16,203 nt of DNA from Alphaproteobacteria bacterium (GTDB lineage Bacteria; Pseudomonadota; Alphaproteobacteria; UBA6615), in contig CBDHEC010000039.1 of the NCBI GenBank assembly GCA_965261975.1, forward strand, positions 1 through 16,203. Direction: 5' to 3'. The notes under the pieces were generated by a model, which was given only the letters and a program-made list of their open reading frames with translations, searched no databases and was not told the DNA's origin. This document shows positions 15,190 to 16,203 of the stretch, in pieces. The position numbers and the translations under genes were made by a program. How positions within the stretch are numbered: position 1 is the first letter of the stretch; the number at the start of each line of letters is the position of its first letter.

Positions 15190-15228
15190 TTGTCCGGCTC
15201 TGCCGCCTGCGCCATTCTAGGGCGCAGG
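15190..15228. promoter_or_regulatory. Candidate bidirectional promoter inside an 8-bp inverted repeat between the GST and acyl-CoA synthetase genes
   Basis: + strand TTGTCC(15190-95)-N17-CATTCT(15213-18); - strand TAGAAT(15219-14). The inverted repeat is CCTGCGCC-attctag-GGCGCAGG (15206-15228). Confidence 0.5.
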
Positions 15229-15242
15229 AGGGGCTGTTTTCC

Positions 15243-16203
15243 ATGAATCTCAACCAATTACTGGTGCGCGCCGCGCGCTCGTTTCCCGATCGCGTGGCGA
15301 TTTCTCACGGTGCAGCGGATTACTGCGATTACGGCACTCTCGCGCGCCGTGCCGCGGGGCTGGCGGGCGCAATGCGCGAGGAGCTCGGACTCAAGACAGA
15401 CGACCGGGTCGGCCTGTTCATGACCAACACCCCGGAATATCTCGAGGCCTTCCACGGTGCGCTTCATGCGGGGCTGACGGCGTTGCCGATCAACAACAAG
15501 CTGCACGAGAAGGAACTGGCTTACATCCTCGACGATGCGGGGGCGGGCGTGGTGTTCACGACCCCCGACCTTGCAGAGAAGGCCACGAAAGGCCTGGAGA
15601 TCGCCGGCAGCAAGGCGCGCGTCGTTGTCGTCGGGGAGAAGGAGTATGCGGGCTATCTGGCGAGCGATCCCATGGAAATGGTCGATCGCGGCGACGATGA
15701 CCTCGCCTGGCTATTCTACACCTCCGGGACGACCGGTAACCCGAAAGGCGCGATGCTGTCCCACCGCAATCTGTGGGAGATGCTGCTGACATATTTCGTG
15801 GATGTGGACCGGGTGCCGGTTGACGGCGCCGCGCTGCATCCCGCACCCATGTCCCACGGCTCGGGCTTCTACGGTATTCCCCATCTGGCCGTCGGCGCGC
15901 GGCAGGTCGTGCCCGAATCCGGTGGCTTCGAGCCGGACGAGATTTTCGAACTATTTCAACAACATGAAGAAGTTACCTTGTTCGCAGCGCCAACCATGGT
16001 GAAGCGCCTCGTGGGGCATGACAGTGGCGAGGTCGGTAACCTCCGCACGGTCACTTATGGCGGCGGCCCGATGTATGTCGCCGACCTGAAACAGGCGCTC
16101 GACCGGTTCGGTTCGAAGTTCGTCCAGATCTACGGGCAGGGCGAGAGCCCCATGTGCATCACCGTGCTGCCGCGCGAGGATCATGTGGACACGGACCATC
16201 CGC
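15243..16203 (+). CDS. AMP-binding acyl-CoA synthetase (long-chain/aromatic acid CoA ligase family), truncated at the window end; absent from the ORF track
   Basis: MNLNQLLVRAARSFPDRVA..., with LAWLFYTSGTTGNPKGAMLSH (P-loop), APMSHGSG, YGGGPM and QIYGQGESPM. RBS AGGAGG. The frame is open to the window end. Confidence 0.93.
   Translation, partial: MNLNQLLVRAARSFPDRVAISHGAADYCDYGTLARRAAGLAGAMREELGLKTDDRVGLFMTNTPEYLEAFHGALHAGLTALPINNKLHEKELAYILDDAGAGVVFTTPDLAEKATKGLEIAGSKARVVVVGEKEYAGYLASDPMEMVDRGDDDLAWLFYTSGTTGNPKGAMLSHRNLWEMLLTYFVDVDRVPVDGAALHPAPMSHGSGFYGIPHLAVGARQVVPESGGFEPDEIFELFQQHEEVTLFAAPTMVKRLVGHDSGEVGNLRTVTYGGGPMYVADLKQALDRFGSKFVQIYGQGESPMCITVLPREDHVDTDHP

Overview
This is a GC-rich window, probably from an alphaproteobacterium, made almost entirely of metabolic genes: 16 complete CDSs and 2 cut by the window edges. 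I found no RNA genes, mobile elements or CRISPR arrays. On the + strand it opens with the 3' end of a TRAP large permease, then a PuuE-like CE4 deacetylase, a GhrA-like 2-hydroxyacid dehydrogenase, an MhpD/HpcG-like hydratase, a secreted trypsin-like protease and a YdjA-like nitroreductase. A - strand run follows, in transcription order: AraD-like L-KDA dehydratase, GNAT, BKACE, SMP-30 lactonase and a 2-TM hypothetical protein. Divergent from it on the + strand are an amidohydrolase, an FAH-family protein, an atypical acyl-CoA dehydrogenase homolog and an MBL-fold hydrolase. The window ends with a stand-alone RTX-repeat protein, a GST and the 5' part of an acyl-CoA synthetase. The most notable observations are: (1) an ACAD homolog with Asp in place of the catalytic Glu, as in nitroalkane oxidase, behind a well-positioned FixK/FNR-type box; (2) 13 of 17 visible stop codons are TAG; (3) a probable CTG start codon; (4) several -10-like hexamers that sit inside inverted repeats. 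All family calls come from motif recognition and recall, not database searches.
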